Positions 1-10,378 of a DNA stretch of 64,000 nucleotides are shown piece after piece. The DNA is taken from assembly GCF_001194135.2 (NCBI RefSeq), contig NC_068989.1, positions 81,172,882 through 81,236,881 on the forward strand. The letters are read 5' to 3'. The notes under the pieces were generated by a model. That model was not told where the DNA came from. It searched no databases and saw nothing but the letters and a program-made list of their open reading frames with translations. The first letter of the stretch is position 1, and each line of letters begins with the position of its first letter. The translations under genes and the position numbers were made by a program. This DNA comes from Octopus bimaculoides (lineage: Eukaryota).

Positions 1-160
1 GGTATCTAAAGAATAATGCCCTTAAAAGGAACTTACTTTCTGAAATAACTTCTTATTTTAATTTAAGATAAAAAAAAAGCTTAACATATTTTCGTTTTTT
101 TTTTCTATAAGAAAAGTTTTGATTTGAACAGTGAGGAGAGAGTAAAATTTGTAAACTTAC

Positions 161-381
161 AGTGAACAAATTGCGGCACATTTCATCTTTGACTAAATAC
201 AACAAGGATTTGAATGTCCTGATAGAATCGGCACCAGATTCCAACGCTACAGTCAGCAAACTAAGACCCATGTGGATCATAACATCTGTATTGTGTCGGT
301 CCCAGTGGTTAATTAATGATACAAGGAACCGAAACAATTCCCTTACACAAGGGAGACCATAAGGTATTAGTGGATTGGTAC
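161..381 (-). CDS. GBF1: GBF1 coding exon 10, start of HUS domain (GTNPLIPYGLPCVRELFRFLVSLINHWDRHNTDVMIHMGLSLLTVALESG...KDEMCRNLFT)
   Basis: 221 nt, phase 1 to 0, tttttacag acceptor, ACT|GTAAGT donor; PYGLPC.RELFRFL motif. Confidence 0.96.
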
Positions 382-678
382 CTGTAAAAAAGAAAGTTCC
401 ATTTGTAGTAAAATAGTAATTATCTAAAAAATAACAATCCTCATCATTAAAGTAAAAAAGCAATTGAAAAGAAAAAGTATTTTATAAAACATTTGTTTGT
501 CAAACTCTAAATGTCAATGGAACAGAGAATAGATATTTAGTTATCTTAGACATCAACATTATTGTATAATGTCCAGTTTCCATGCATTATGGGTTGGACA
601 GTTCAACTGGATCTCATGGATCAGAGGATATTCATTATTTACATTAGACGGATATTTGTCCTCATCTTGTTTGTTGTT

Positions 679-724
679 AATACAACTTTTTGGCTGATAT
701 ACCCTCCAGCCTTCATCAGGTGTC
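679..724 (-). ncRNA. Degenerate copy of the same hammerhead motif
   Basis: GACAC-CUGAUGA-A-GGCUG...CAGCC intact, but GAAACGUU is mutated to AAAAAGUU (G12 lost, consistent with CpG decay). Confidence 0.55.
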
Positions 725-771
725 TTGGGGAAATTTCGAACCGGAGTTCTCATTCCTAAGGTATTTTTCGA

Positions 772-806
<35 letters not shown>

Positions 807-879
807 TCACTGCCTGGTATCAAACTCGGAATCTTGGGGTTAGTAGCCCGTGCTCTTAACCACTACACCATATGCCCCA

Positions 880-925
880 GACACCTGATGAAGGCTGGAG
901 GGTATATCAGCTGAAACGTTGTGTT
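880..925 (+). ncRNA. Minimal type I hammerhead ribozyme motif (Penelope-type)
   Basis: Stem I GACAC/GUGUU; core CUGAUGA (885-891) plus extra A; stem II GGCUG/CAGCU with a 10-nt loop; GAAA (913-916); palindromic ACGU stem III; GUU triplet with predicted cleavage after 920. Confidence 0.7.
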
Positions 926-1950
926 AACAACAAACAAGATGAGGACAAATATCCGTCAAATGTAAATAATGCAAATAATGTACATAATTCCTCATCTCTA
1001 AAATATAGAACTATATCAGAGGATATTGTTGAGCTCTAGTGTCTTCTTTGACATGGATTGCATGGTTGGATGCCCTTCTTAATGCCAATCACTTTACAGT
1101 GTATGGGGGTACTTTTTATGTGGAACCAGCGCTAGTGATGTCACCAACTTACTCACAAAACAAGAACCCTCAACTGAGTAGGGATGTAGTTCAATAAACA
1201 AAATCAGTTTGCTGATGACCAGAGATATCCCTGCTGTCTCTACTGCCTACAGGGATGGTGGAATGTTAGACAGGAACGTTCAGGGCTCTTTCATTCTAAG
1301 TAAGTAAAACAGCCAGAACCACATATTAACTTAAACTAAATTTAACTCAAACATACACACTTAGTATAACCAGGTGTCTACCATTTTCCCTATGGCGGTA
1401 AATAAACAGCCAATAAAAGATAAGAGAGAAAAAGTGAGTGATTCTCAGTGTTTCTGTTTCTTGTTTATCTATATTTATACATTTACTTTTAATGTATGTG
1501 CATGCAATGTTTGATTTTTTTTTTCTTTCTAATTTAATGACAACAGTAAAGTCTATTTTAAGCCTACAGATAGAGTCCTTAAGTCAGCTCATCTCAGTTT
1601 CCAGGGAGTTTTAGTACAAGACTCTTTCCTGAACAGGGTGTCAGTCCATTGCAGGGTTAACCTGCAGTTATCATTGATGAAACTCATTTCAGATGAGAGC
1701 ACTGAAATAATGTGAAATGAAATGCCTTGCTTAAGGATACAATCCCTTACCTGGTAAAAAAAAATTGAGTCTATGAAACACACCACTACATACTATACCC
1801 TCATTCTAAGTTAATATCACATCTAAACAGTACTTTAAAATCACCATTCATGTTTTCCTGTCAGCAAATCATTCAATAATAGTGAAAATTGATTTTAGAA
1901 TTATAAGACCAGATTGAAAGTTTGAGCTCAGTCATACTGAGAGGATTGAT

Positions 1951-2437
1951 GAAAGAGAGAAAGACCAAAAAGAAGAAATAAGACATAGAGCAAGAAGGAA
2001 GGAAGAAAGACCAAAAAGAAGAAATAAGACAGAGAAAGAAAGAAAGAAAGAAAGAAATAAAGAAAGAAAGAAAGACCAAAAGAAGAAATAAGACATAGAG
2101 CAAGAAGGAAGGAAGAAAGACCAAAAAGAAGAAATAAGACATAGAGAAAGAAGGAAGGAAGAAAGACCAAAAAGAAGAAATAAGACAGAGAAAGAAAGAA
2201 AGAAAGAAAGAAATAAAACATAGAGAAAGAAAGAAGGAAGAAAGACAAAAAAGAAGAAATAAGACAGAGAAAGAAAGAAAGAAAGAAAGACCAAAAAGAA
2301 GAAATAAGACAGAGAAAGAAGGAAGGAAGAAAGACCAAAAAGAAGAAATAAGACAGAGAAAGAAAGAAAGACCAAAAAGAAAAAATAAGACATAAAGAAA
2401 GAAAGAAAGAAAGACCAAAAAGAAGAAATAAGACATA

Positions 2438-2477
<40 letters not shown>

Positions 2478-2697
2478 CCAAAAAGAAGAAATAAGACATA
2501 GAGAAAGAGGGAAGGAAGAAAGACCAAAAAGAAGAAATAAGACATAAAGAAAGAAAGAAAGAAAGAAAGAGCAAAAAGAAGAAATAAGACATAAAGAAAG
2601 AAAGAAAGAAATAAAGAAAGACCAAAAAGAAGAAATAAGACAGAGAAAGAAAGAAAGAAAGAAAGACCAAAAAAGACATAGAGAAGGAAGGAAGACA
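1951..2697 (+). repeat. Purine-rich compound minisatellite (~15 units of AAAGACCAAAAAGAAGAAATAAGACA(T/G)AGAG + variable GAAA/GGAA tracts)
   Basis: Directly visible tandem units of ~45-70 bp; almost all A/G on the + strand. Confidence 0.95.
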
Positions 2698-3087
2698 ATA
2701 ATGACCCAGCTGCCTTGCTTCCCACTTTTTCCATACTGCCATAGGTTGGACAAGATTTACTGAGGAAATATATTACATGACTGGATGGTTATCCTGGTGC
2801 TAACCCTTACTTTTGTATGTAAGGTACCATATTTGATGACAAATAAAACATTTTTCTTTCCAAAAAAATGTCTTGAACAAATCACCTTGGGTCCTATATG
2901 CAAATTCTGGTCTTCCATTAACCTTATTTAATGCACAAAAAAAACCCGGTTTTTTTCACCCAAATCAGCACTGCTGAAATTGCGATGCATTTGATAGGCC
3001 CATGCAGCTTTTATGCCATAAAACACAGAATATATATATTTTTTCATTTATGTGAAACTGCTGAGCTACAGGACATATTATTTACAG

Positions 3088-3442
3088 ATGACTTCTGACC
3101 GAGACCTTTGGAAATATGCTGTGCGTGAGAAGACCCGGCAAGCCAAGTGAGACCTAAATCCAAGGCCTCTGCCAGGGGTGTAGCCAGCCCACTAATGCGT
3201 ACCTTTCCTTCATTTGACACTAAACTCCGCCTGACTGACCTTCGTGCCGGTGGCACGTAAAAGCACCCACTACACTCTCGGAGTGGTTGGCATTAGGAAG
3301 GGCATCCAGCTGTAGAAACTCTGCCAAATCAGATTGGAGCCTGGTGAAGCCATCGGGTTTCATCAGTCCTCAGTCAAATCGTCCAACCCATGCTAGCATG
3401 GAAAGCAGACGTTAAACGACGACGATGATGATGATGATGATG
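3088..3442 (+). mobile_element. 5'-truncated RTE-type LINE (ORF2 end MTSDRDLWKYAVREKTRQAK* + 3' UTR + (GAT)n tail)
   Basis: Same C-terminus and 3' end (ccaacccatgctagcatggaaagcggacgttaaacgatgatgat) as the longer copies at 7688, 19854 and 60255. Confidence 0.8.
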
Positions 3443-3640
3443 TAACTGAGTGAATTGTTGCTCAAACAGTTTTAAAGTGAAAACACACAGAAACTAACAT
3501 GAGCACATACATATATATGCACAAACATACACTTTTATACAATTTGTAAATGAAAAGCTATAGGCAAATTTGACAAGGACAGCCATTAAACTGACTACAC
3601 AACAACATTATCATCATCATTTAATATCCATTTTCCATTC

Positions 3641-3957
3641 TTGCCAGTACCGCCTGACTGGCCTTGTAGGGTTTTCGAGCGAGATCGTTGCCAGTGCCCC
3701 TGGACTGGCTCTTGTGCGGGTGGCACATAAAAGACACCATTTCGAGTATGGCCGTTTTCGTGCGGGTGACACGTAAAAGCACCCACTACACTCTCTGAGT
3801 GGTTGGCGTTAGGAAGGGCATCCAGCTGTAGAAACTCTGCCAAATTAGATTGGAGCCTGGTGTAGCCATCTGGTTGCACCAGTCCTCAGTCAAATCGTCC
3901 AACCCATGCTAGCATGGAAAGCGGACGTTAAACGATGATGATGATGATGATGATGAT
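3641..3957 (+). mobile_element. RTE-type LINE 3' UTR fragment with (GAT)n tail, nested in an older antisense copy
   Basis: Shared 3' end sequence; flanked by the two halves of an older minus-strand copy (catcatcatttaatatccattttcc ... actggcataggctagatg). Confidence 0.75.
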
Positions 3958-4261
3958 ACTGGCATAGGCTAGATGATATAACAGTGTCTGATGTGCCGCC
4001 AAACTGCATCAGCCTGAATGTCAGCTTTTGGATGGTTTCTGTAACCTGATGCCCTTCCTAATGCCAGCCACTTTACAGTGAGTGCTGGGTGTTGTTTTTC
4101 ATGTCACTGACATAAGTGAAGTTGTCAAGTAACTTGCAAGACAAAGTAAAGTAAGAAAAAGGGAAAAGCCCTCTTAATTGAGTGGGCATGTATTTGAGGG
4201 ATAGGAGTTGGGGCAAAAAAATAATATATCAGAATGTCAGAAGCCGGGAACTAAAGATTAC

Positions 4262-4451
4262 CCTCTTTTGGATATTGCTGTGGCATAAATCGGATACCTC
4301 TAGGATTGACGAAGTCACTGCTATTCACTGCAGGAGATGCTGGTGTTGGTGGTGAAGCAAATTCATTTACTGATGGAATAGAGTCTGCATCATCTCCTGT
4401 TTCTGAAGGACAACTTTGTTCAGAGTTCAGTTCTGTTTCACTAATAGATTT
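4262..4451 (-). CDS. GBF1: GBF1 coding exon 9 (KSISETELNSEQ...SSDFVNPRGIRFMPQQYPKE)
   Basis: 190 nt, phase 0 to 1, attctcag acceptor, GAGG|GTAATC donor; conserved DFVNPRGIRF. Confidence 0.92.
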
Positions 4452-4728
4452 CTGAGAATACAAAATAAAAAACAGAAAAATTAACTAAGAAGAAATCATG
4501 AAATGAAATCTAAAAAAAAAATTTTTTTTTTCAATGTTTTGAAATTGAAACATTTGTTTGGCTTCAGCTTATTTTATAAGAATAAGTACTTCTAATTATA
4601 TTCTAGTACTTCTAATTATACTTTAATATGTTATGGGTGTGACAAACTGGATGAACAGGTATCATGGTAGAAGTAGGCAAAGGAAGATTTAAAAGGGAAT
4701 CATTAAATCAGCTCTGAAGATTTTAAGC

Positions 4729-4770
<42 letters not shown>

Positions 4771-5294
4771 ATGATGCAGGATTATTGAAATGATGACTCA
4801 TAAATTCAAGATTTCTAAATTTCTAGATATAGGCAACCCTGCATTACAGAAGTTTTGGGACATTCAGAGCAAACAGGGTGTATTGTCAAGATGGAATGTA
4901 AACATCACATCACTGTTTTGTACAGGCAGTGAAAAGTGAAGACATAAGTATCAACATTCAAGCATATGCAGGCATACACACATACATGGTGCACTACCAC
5001 TTCCACTCACAAAGCATTAGTTGATCTGAGGTAATAGTCAAGATGTTTGCATAGGGTGTCACACAATCAGACACAACTTGAAACTACATAGTTATGAAGT
5101 GGACTCAGTACTCACTCAGCTATGCTGGCACCTAGAGCCTAACTGCGACATGAACAATTAAAATTTGTGTAGATGTAAGGATGAGAGTGAATGCAGGTAT
5201 AAACATAGATTATGACAGACAAATGCTGTGCACCGTCAGCCGATGAGGCTGGACATAGAGTAAGACATGGCAAGAAATGGTGAAGAGTTAGGAG

Positions 5295-5645
5295 CAGGCA
5301 TGGCTGTGTGGTAAAACATTTGGTTTGTAGCCACATGGCTTTGGATACAGTCCTACTGCACAGCACTCTAGGCAAGTGTCTTCTATTATAGCCCTGGGCT
5401 GACCAAAGCCTTGTAAGTGGATTTTCTAGAAAGAAACTTGTTATGTATGTATGTGTGCGTGTTTGTTTGCTCCCCATCACCACTTGCCAACTGGTGATGG
5501 TTTGTTTATGCTTCCCTGAATCAATATTTCAGTAAAACAGACCAACGGAATAAGTAGCAGATTTCAAAAATAAGTACTGGGATTGATTTGTTTAAAAGCA
5601 GTGACCCAGACCCAACATGGCCACAGTCCAAAGACTGAAACAAAA
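5295..5645 (+). mobile_element. Decayed SINE family C
   Basis: ggctgtgtggtaaaac...ggcaagtgtcttctattatagcc...accaaagccttgtaagtggatt...catggccacagtc. Confidence 0.75.
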
Positions 5646-5926
5646 GAGAAAAGACAAAAGATGTGTGCATGTTCACATGTATATACGTAAATGCCATTCC
5701 ACATGTTCTCGTTAACACTGACTGATTGTAAGCAGTCCTACAGTTAAGGACCAATCAAATGAAAAAAAAAAAAAAATAATACCTTATTTAGAAAACAACT
5801 GAGGATGAGCAACAAGAAGAGGTCTAGCTGAAGAAATCTTACCTCAACAAGTTTCATCTAACCCATGCATACATGGGAAAATGGATGTGAAACTGAACAA
5901 AACTGATGATAGTAATAATAAAACAT

Positions 5927-6305
5927 GTTGGCACTCCGTCGCTTACGACGCCGAGGGTTCCAATTGATCCGATCAATGGAACAGCCTGCTCGTGAAATTA
6001 ACGTGCAAGTGGCTGAGCACTCCACAGACACGTGTACCCTTAACGTAATTCTCGGGGATATTCAACGTGACACAGTGTGACAAGGCTGACCCTTTGAATT
6101 ACAGGCACAACAGAAACAGGAAGTAAGAGTGAGAGAAAGTTGTGGTGGAAGAGTACAGCAGGGTTCGCCACCATCCCCTGCCAGAGCCTCGTGGAGCTTT
6201 AGGTGTTTTCGCTCAATAAACACTCACAACGCCCGGTCTGGGAATCGAAACCGTGATCCTATGACCGCGAGTCCGCTGCCCAAACCACTGGGCCATTGCA
6301 CCTCC
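5927..6305 (-). mobile_element. Full-length tRNA-derived SINE, family A
   Basis: 14-bp TSD TAATAATAAAACAT (5913-5926 / 6306-6319); head with TGGCCCAGTGG A box and GGTTTCGATTCC B box; CpGs largely retained. Confidence 0.92.
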
Positions 6306-6392
6306 TAATAATAAAACATAACAATACAAAAAAATGCAACTAAAGATAAATATATATTTTTTAAAAAACTGTTAAAAGTGCAAAGGACTTAC

Positions 6393-6572
6393 ATGAACAT
6401 TTGTTGGCCTTGAAACATTTAAACGTTCTTGGCTTGATGATATAGAATTACATACTTCTTGTTCAGGTTCTCTGGAATCATCTTTATCTAAAGATACTTC
6501 TTCTTCAGTTTCTAGTTGTTTTTCTTCTGATATAGTATATCTTGCGTCAAAGCTTTCTTTATCAGATGCTTC
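6393..6572 (-). CDS. GBF1: GBF1 coding exon 8, acidic linker (EASDKESFDARYTISEEKQLETEEEVSLDKDDSREPEQEVCNSISSSQERLNVSRPTNVH)
   Basis: Not in the ORF track. 180 nt open frame, phase 0 to 0, tttttgaatctag acceptor, CAT|GTAAGT donor; bridges exons 7 and 9 in frame. Confidence 0.82.
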
Positions 6573-7656
6573 CTAGATTCAAAAACACACGAATACAGCA
6601 TCTTTCAAAACATGGTCAAAGAGATCCTTACAAAGCACAAAATGAAGACAGTGTCTACGCAAACATCAACTTCTAATTGATATCATCACTGATAAACTAC
6701 TGTAAATACTTAGTAAATGCAACGCATAAAAGAATCATATATTTTAAGACTAATGACTTGTAGGTATATGGTATTTTGTGATGCAACCATAATATATCAT
6801 AAAGTATATTAAACGTTTTTATAAGCTAATACCACGTTCTACTGATATTCTATAGAAATTATAGCCAGCACTGATTTTTGTCACTATGTTTTGTATAGGA
6901 GACGTCAGGTGTAAACAAACAATGAGATCGAAGATGAAAAATGGGTAATGGATGCCTATGGGTGTATATTGGGTACCGGTGTTTCTCCTTTCGCTACCCA
7001 CTGTCTTCGGAACTTGACATTTCTATAGAGAACCCATTTCTCACCACCAGTCACTCTTCAATCCAAAAAAGGTTCATTCGTGAGACGTGACATCGAAGAA
7101 GAGCACACACTCACTTTTGCAGTTCGGCAAAAGAGACCGATAGAATAAGTACTAGGCTTACAAAGAATAAGTCCTGGGGATCGATTTTCACGACTAAAGG
7201 TGGTGCTCCAGCATGGCCACAGTCAAATAACAGAAACAATTAAAAGAGTAAAAGAGTAAACACATATACACTCACTCAAATATATAAATATATTTTACAC
7301 AAAAACACACATACACACAAACATTCACATTCCTCCCTTTTACACGTACACACACACTCACACAAAGTTGAAGCCCTGATTGATTTTTGTTTCACTGATG
7401 ACTTTTCACCCTCCCACTTCTATCGGTGGATCACCCCTTCCTTTCTAATTCATATGTTGTGACAGAGAAATACGTAAGAGTATTATTATAGTAGAAAATA
7501 CACAACGCACTTTTGCAACTTCCTCTCAGTCATGGCTATTACTCTCACAACTTCTCCTTCACTGAATTACTATTTTCTCTCCTCTTCCTTCACCATTCAC
7601 TCCGACTGTGTGATTTTGGACAAATATATTTATACGCAAATATAAAAACACTACGC

Positions 7657-7687
<31 letters not shown>

Positions 7688-8569
7688 GAACATTAGAAGC
7701 ATCAGTTGTGGTGTGCAAGAGAGACGATTGCGCTGGTATGGACATGTGGTGAGAATGGATGAGGATAGCTGCGTGAAAAAGTGCCACACCCTAACAGTTG
7801 AGGGAACCCGTGGAAGAGGTAGGCCCAGGAAGACCTGGGCTGAGGTGGTGAGGCAAGACCTTCGTACATTGGGCCTCACCNNNNNNNNNNNNNNNNNNNN
7901 NNNNNNNNNNNNNNNNNNNNNNNNNNNNNNNNNNNNNNNNNNNNNNNNNNNNNNNNNNNNNNNNNNNNNNNNNNNNNNNNNNNNNNNNNNNNNNNNNNNN
8001 NNNNNNNNNNNNNNNNNNNNNNNNNNNNNNNNNNNNNNNNNNNNNNNNNNNNNNNNNNNNNNNNNNNNNNNNNNNNNNNNNNNNNNNNNNNNNNNNNNNN
8101 NNNNNNNNNNNNNNNNNNNNNNNNNNNNNNNNNNNNNNNNNNNNNNNNNNNNNNNNNNNNNNNNNNNNNNNNNNNNNNNNNNNNNNNNNNNNNNNNNNNN
8201 NNNNNNNNNNNNNNNNNNNNNNNNNNNNNNNNNNNNNNNNNNNNNNNNNNNNNNNNNNNNNNNNNNNNNNNNNNNNNNNNNNNNNNNNNNNNNNNNNNNN
8301 NNNNNNNNNNNNNNNNNNNNNNNNNNNNNNNNNNNNNNNNNNNNNNNNNNNNNNNNNNNNNNNNNNNNNNNNNNNNNNNNNNNNNNNNNNNNNNNNNNNN
8401 NNNNNNNNNNNNNNNNNNNNNNNNNNNNNNNNNNNNNNNNNNNNNNNNNNNNNNNNNNNNNNNNNNNNNNNNNNNNNNNNNNNNNNNNNNNNNNNNNNNN
8501 NNNNNNNNNNNNNNNNGCTAGCATGGAAAGCGGACGTTAAACGATGATGATGATGATGATGATGATGAT
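7688..8569 (+). mobile_element. 5'-truncated RTE-type LINE spanning a gap
   Basis: Translates as ERRLRWYGHVVRMDEDSCVKKCHTLTVEGTRGRGRPRKTW (RTE ORF2 C-terminus); (GAT)n tail after the gap; flanked by (TA)n. Confidence 0.88.
7881..8516. other. Assembly gap; others at 9395-9968, 10630-10723, 20081-20841, 33135-33224, 35746-35916, 50992-51582, 54468-54516
   Basis: N runs, nearly all abutting microsatellites or young repeats. Confidence 1.
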
Positions 8570-8829
8570 ATATATATAACAATTGCAGCGTGGAAGGTGT
8601 TTATAAGCCATTTAAGAAACACACAAGAGATGCAGCACGGAATTTTGTCAGTGAACAGGTCGCTGTCTCAAAGTGACGAAAATAATTTGGCAAATTAAAT
8701 TTAAATGTTGAAGTGAATCTAACGGTTTTTGTGTGTTTCTTAAATGGCTTATAAACACCTTCCATGCTGCAATTGTTTTCGTTCCAGCACACAATCACAG
8801 ATCAGGTCGCTTGCTATGCAAGTACATCT

Positions 8830-8872
<43 letters not shown>

Positions 8873-9362
8873 TATACATACATATACGCACACACCACAC
8901 ACACACAATAAACATACAGATAGACAGCTCTTTTAGCTGTTTAGTCCTAGGTCTTCCCTGATGGAAGAGACATTAAAGAGGTTTGATATGTCATCTTGTC
9001 AAAGATGCAATAATTATATTTTTTTTACAAAAAAGGAGATTGGGAGAATATATTAGGAGCATCTAAAGATAATTAATCAAAAGAATTATTATTATTATTA
9101 TTAGTGCTGTTGGTATTAGTATAAGAAGCAGCAATCAGCAAACTCCATGCAATATTGATGATTAAATAGCAGCATTCTGCTATTTTACTGCTTTCAGTCA
9201 TTGCATACTGGCCATACTGGAGATTTTAGTCACCATTTTATCATCAACATTATCATTTAACATCTGTCTTCCATGCTACCATATGTTGGATGGTTTAACA
9301 GGATCTAACAAGCCAGATGACTGTTTTGGCATGGTTTCTATAGCTGGATATCCTACCTAAAA

Positions 9363-9394
<32 letters not shown>

Positions 9395-9968
9395 NNNNNN
9401 NNNNNNNNNNNNNNNNNNNNNNNNNNNNNNNNNNNNNNNNNNNNNNNNNNNNNNNNNNNNNNNNNNNNNNNNNNNNNNNNNNNNNNNNNNNNNNNNNNNN
9501 NNNNNNNNNNNNNNNNNNNNNNNNNNNNNNNNNNNNNNNNNNNNNNNNNNNNNNNNNNNNNNNNNNNNNNNNNNNNNNNNNNNNNNNNNNNNNNNNNNNN
9601 NNNNNNNNNNNNNNNNNNNNNNNNNNNNNNNNNNNNNNNNNNNNNNNNNNNNNNNNNNNNNNNNNNNNNNNNNNNNNNNNNNNNNNNNNNNNNNNNNNNN
9701 NNNNNNNNNNNNNNNNNNNNNNNNNNNNNNNNNNNNNNNNNNNNNNNNNNNNNNNNNNNNNNNNNNNNNNNNNNNNNNNNNNNNNNNNNNNNNNNNNNNN
9801 NNNNNNNNNNNNNNNNNNNNNNNNNNNNNNNNNNNNNNNNNNNNNNNNNNNNNNNNNNNNNNNNNNNNNNNNNNNNNNNNNNNNNNNNNNNNNNNNNNNN
9901 NNNNNNNNNNNNNNNNNNNNNNNNNNNNNNNNNNNNNNNNNNNNNNNNNNNNNNNNNNNNNNNNNNNN

Positions 9969-10378
9969 CACGCCAGGCGAAATGCTTAGCAGTATTTTGT
10001 CTGCAGCTACGTTCTGAGTTCAAATTCCACCGAGGTCAACTTTGCCTTTCATCCTTTCGGGGTCGATGAATTAAGTACCAGTTATGCACTGGGGTCGATG
10101 TAATCGACTTAATCCCTTTGGCTGTCCTTATTTGTCCCTTCTATGTTTCGCCCCTTGTGGGCAATAAAGAAATAAGGAATGTTAGCATGTCAGGCGAAAT
10201 GCTTAGCGGTATTTTGTCTGTTTTTACGTTCTGAGTTCAAATTCCGCCAAGGTCGACTTTGCCTTTCATCCTTTTAGGGTTGATAAATTAAGTACCAGTT
10301 GCGTACTGGAGTCCATCTAATCAACTGGCCCCCTCCCACAAAATTTCAGGCATTGTGCCTAGAGTAGAAAAGAATATC
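9969..10378 (+). mobile_element. Tandem pair of tRNA-derived SINE family B copies with different 3' tails
   Basis: Both share ggcgaaatgcttagc...gttctgagttcaaattcc...gcctttcatcctttcggggtcgat...taagtaccagtt. The first ends gccccttgtgggcaataaagaaata; the second ends ccccctcc...gtgcctagagtagaaaagaa. Confidence 0.85.

Larger units (their letters stand above)
633..1014 (-). mobile_element. Non-autonomous retroelement: tRNA-derived head + (AAT)n + hammerhead-bearing Penelope-like terminal repeat, with an inverted second terminal repeat
   Basis: Perfect 13-bp TSD ATCAGAGGATATT at 620-632 and 1015-1027. Inverted arms ~633-730 and ~875-971. A box TGGTGTAGTGG (870-860) and B-box-like GAGTTTGATACC (827-816). 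Inserted in an old RTE-3'UTR-type repeat whose halves rejoin when it is removed. Confidence 0.8.

Noticed and set aside
803-878. tRNA gene calls for this and other tRNA-like heads (5927-6305, 31083, 59347)
   Set aside because: No acceptor stem or full cloverleaf; they run into repeat bodies with TSDs, so they are SINE heads.
1745-1765. Recursive-splice-like site tttttttttaccag|gtaagg on the minus strand
   Set aside because: Lies inside a decayed SINE in a short (3.9 kb) intron; likely coincidental.
1873-2753. Three overlapping 268-289 aa F/L/S-rich ORFs resembling membrane proteins
   Set aside because: Artefact of the pyrimidine-rich strand of the minisatellite, which cannot form stop codons; open in all three frames.
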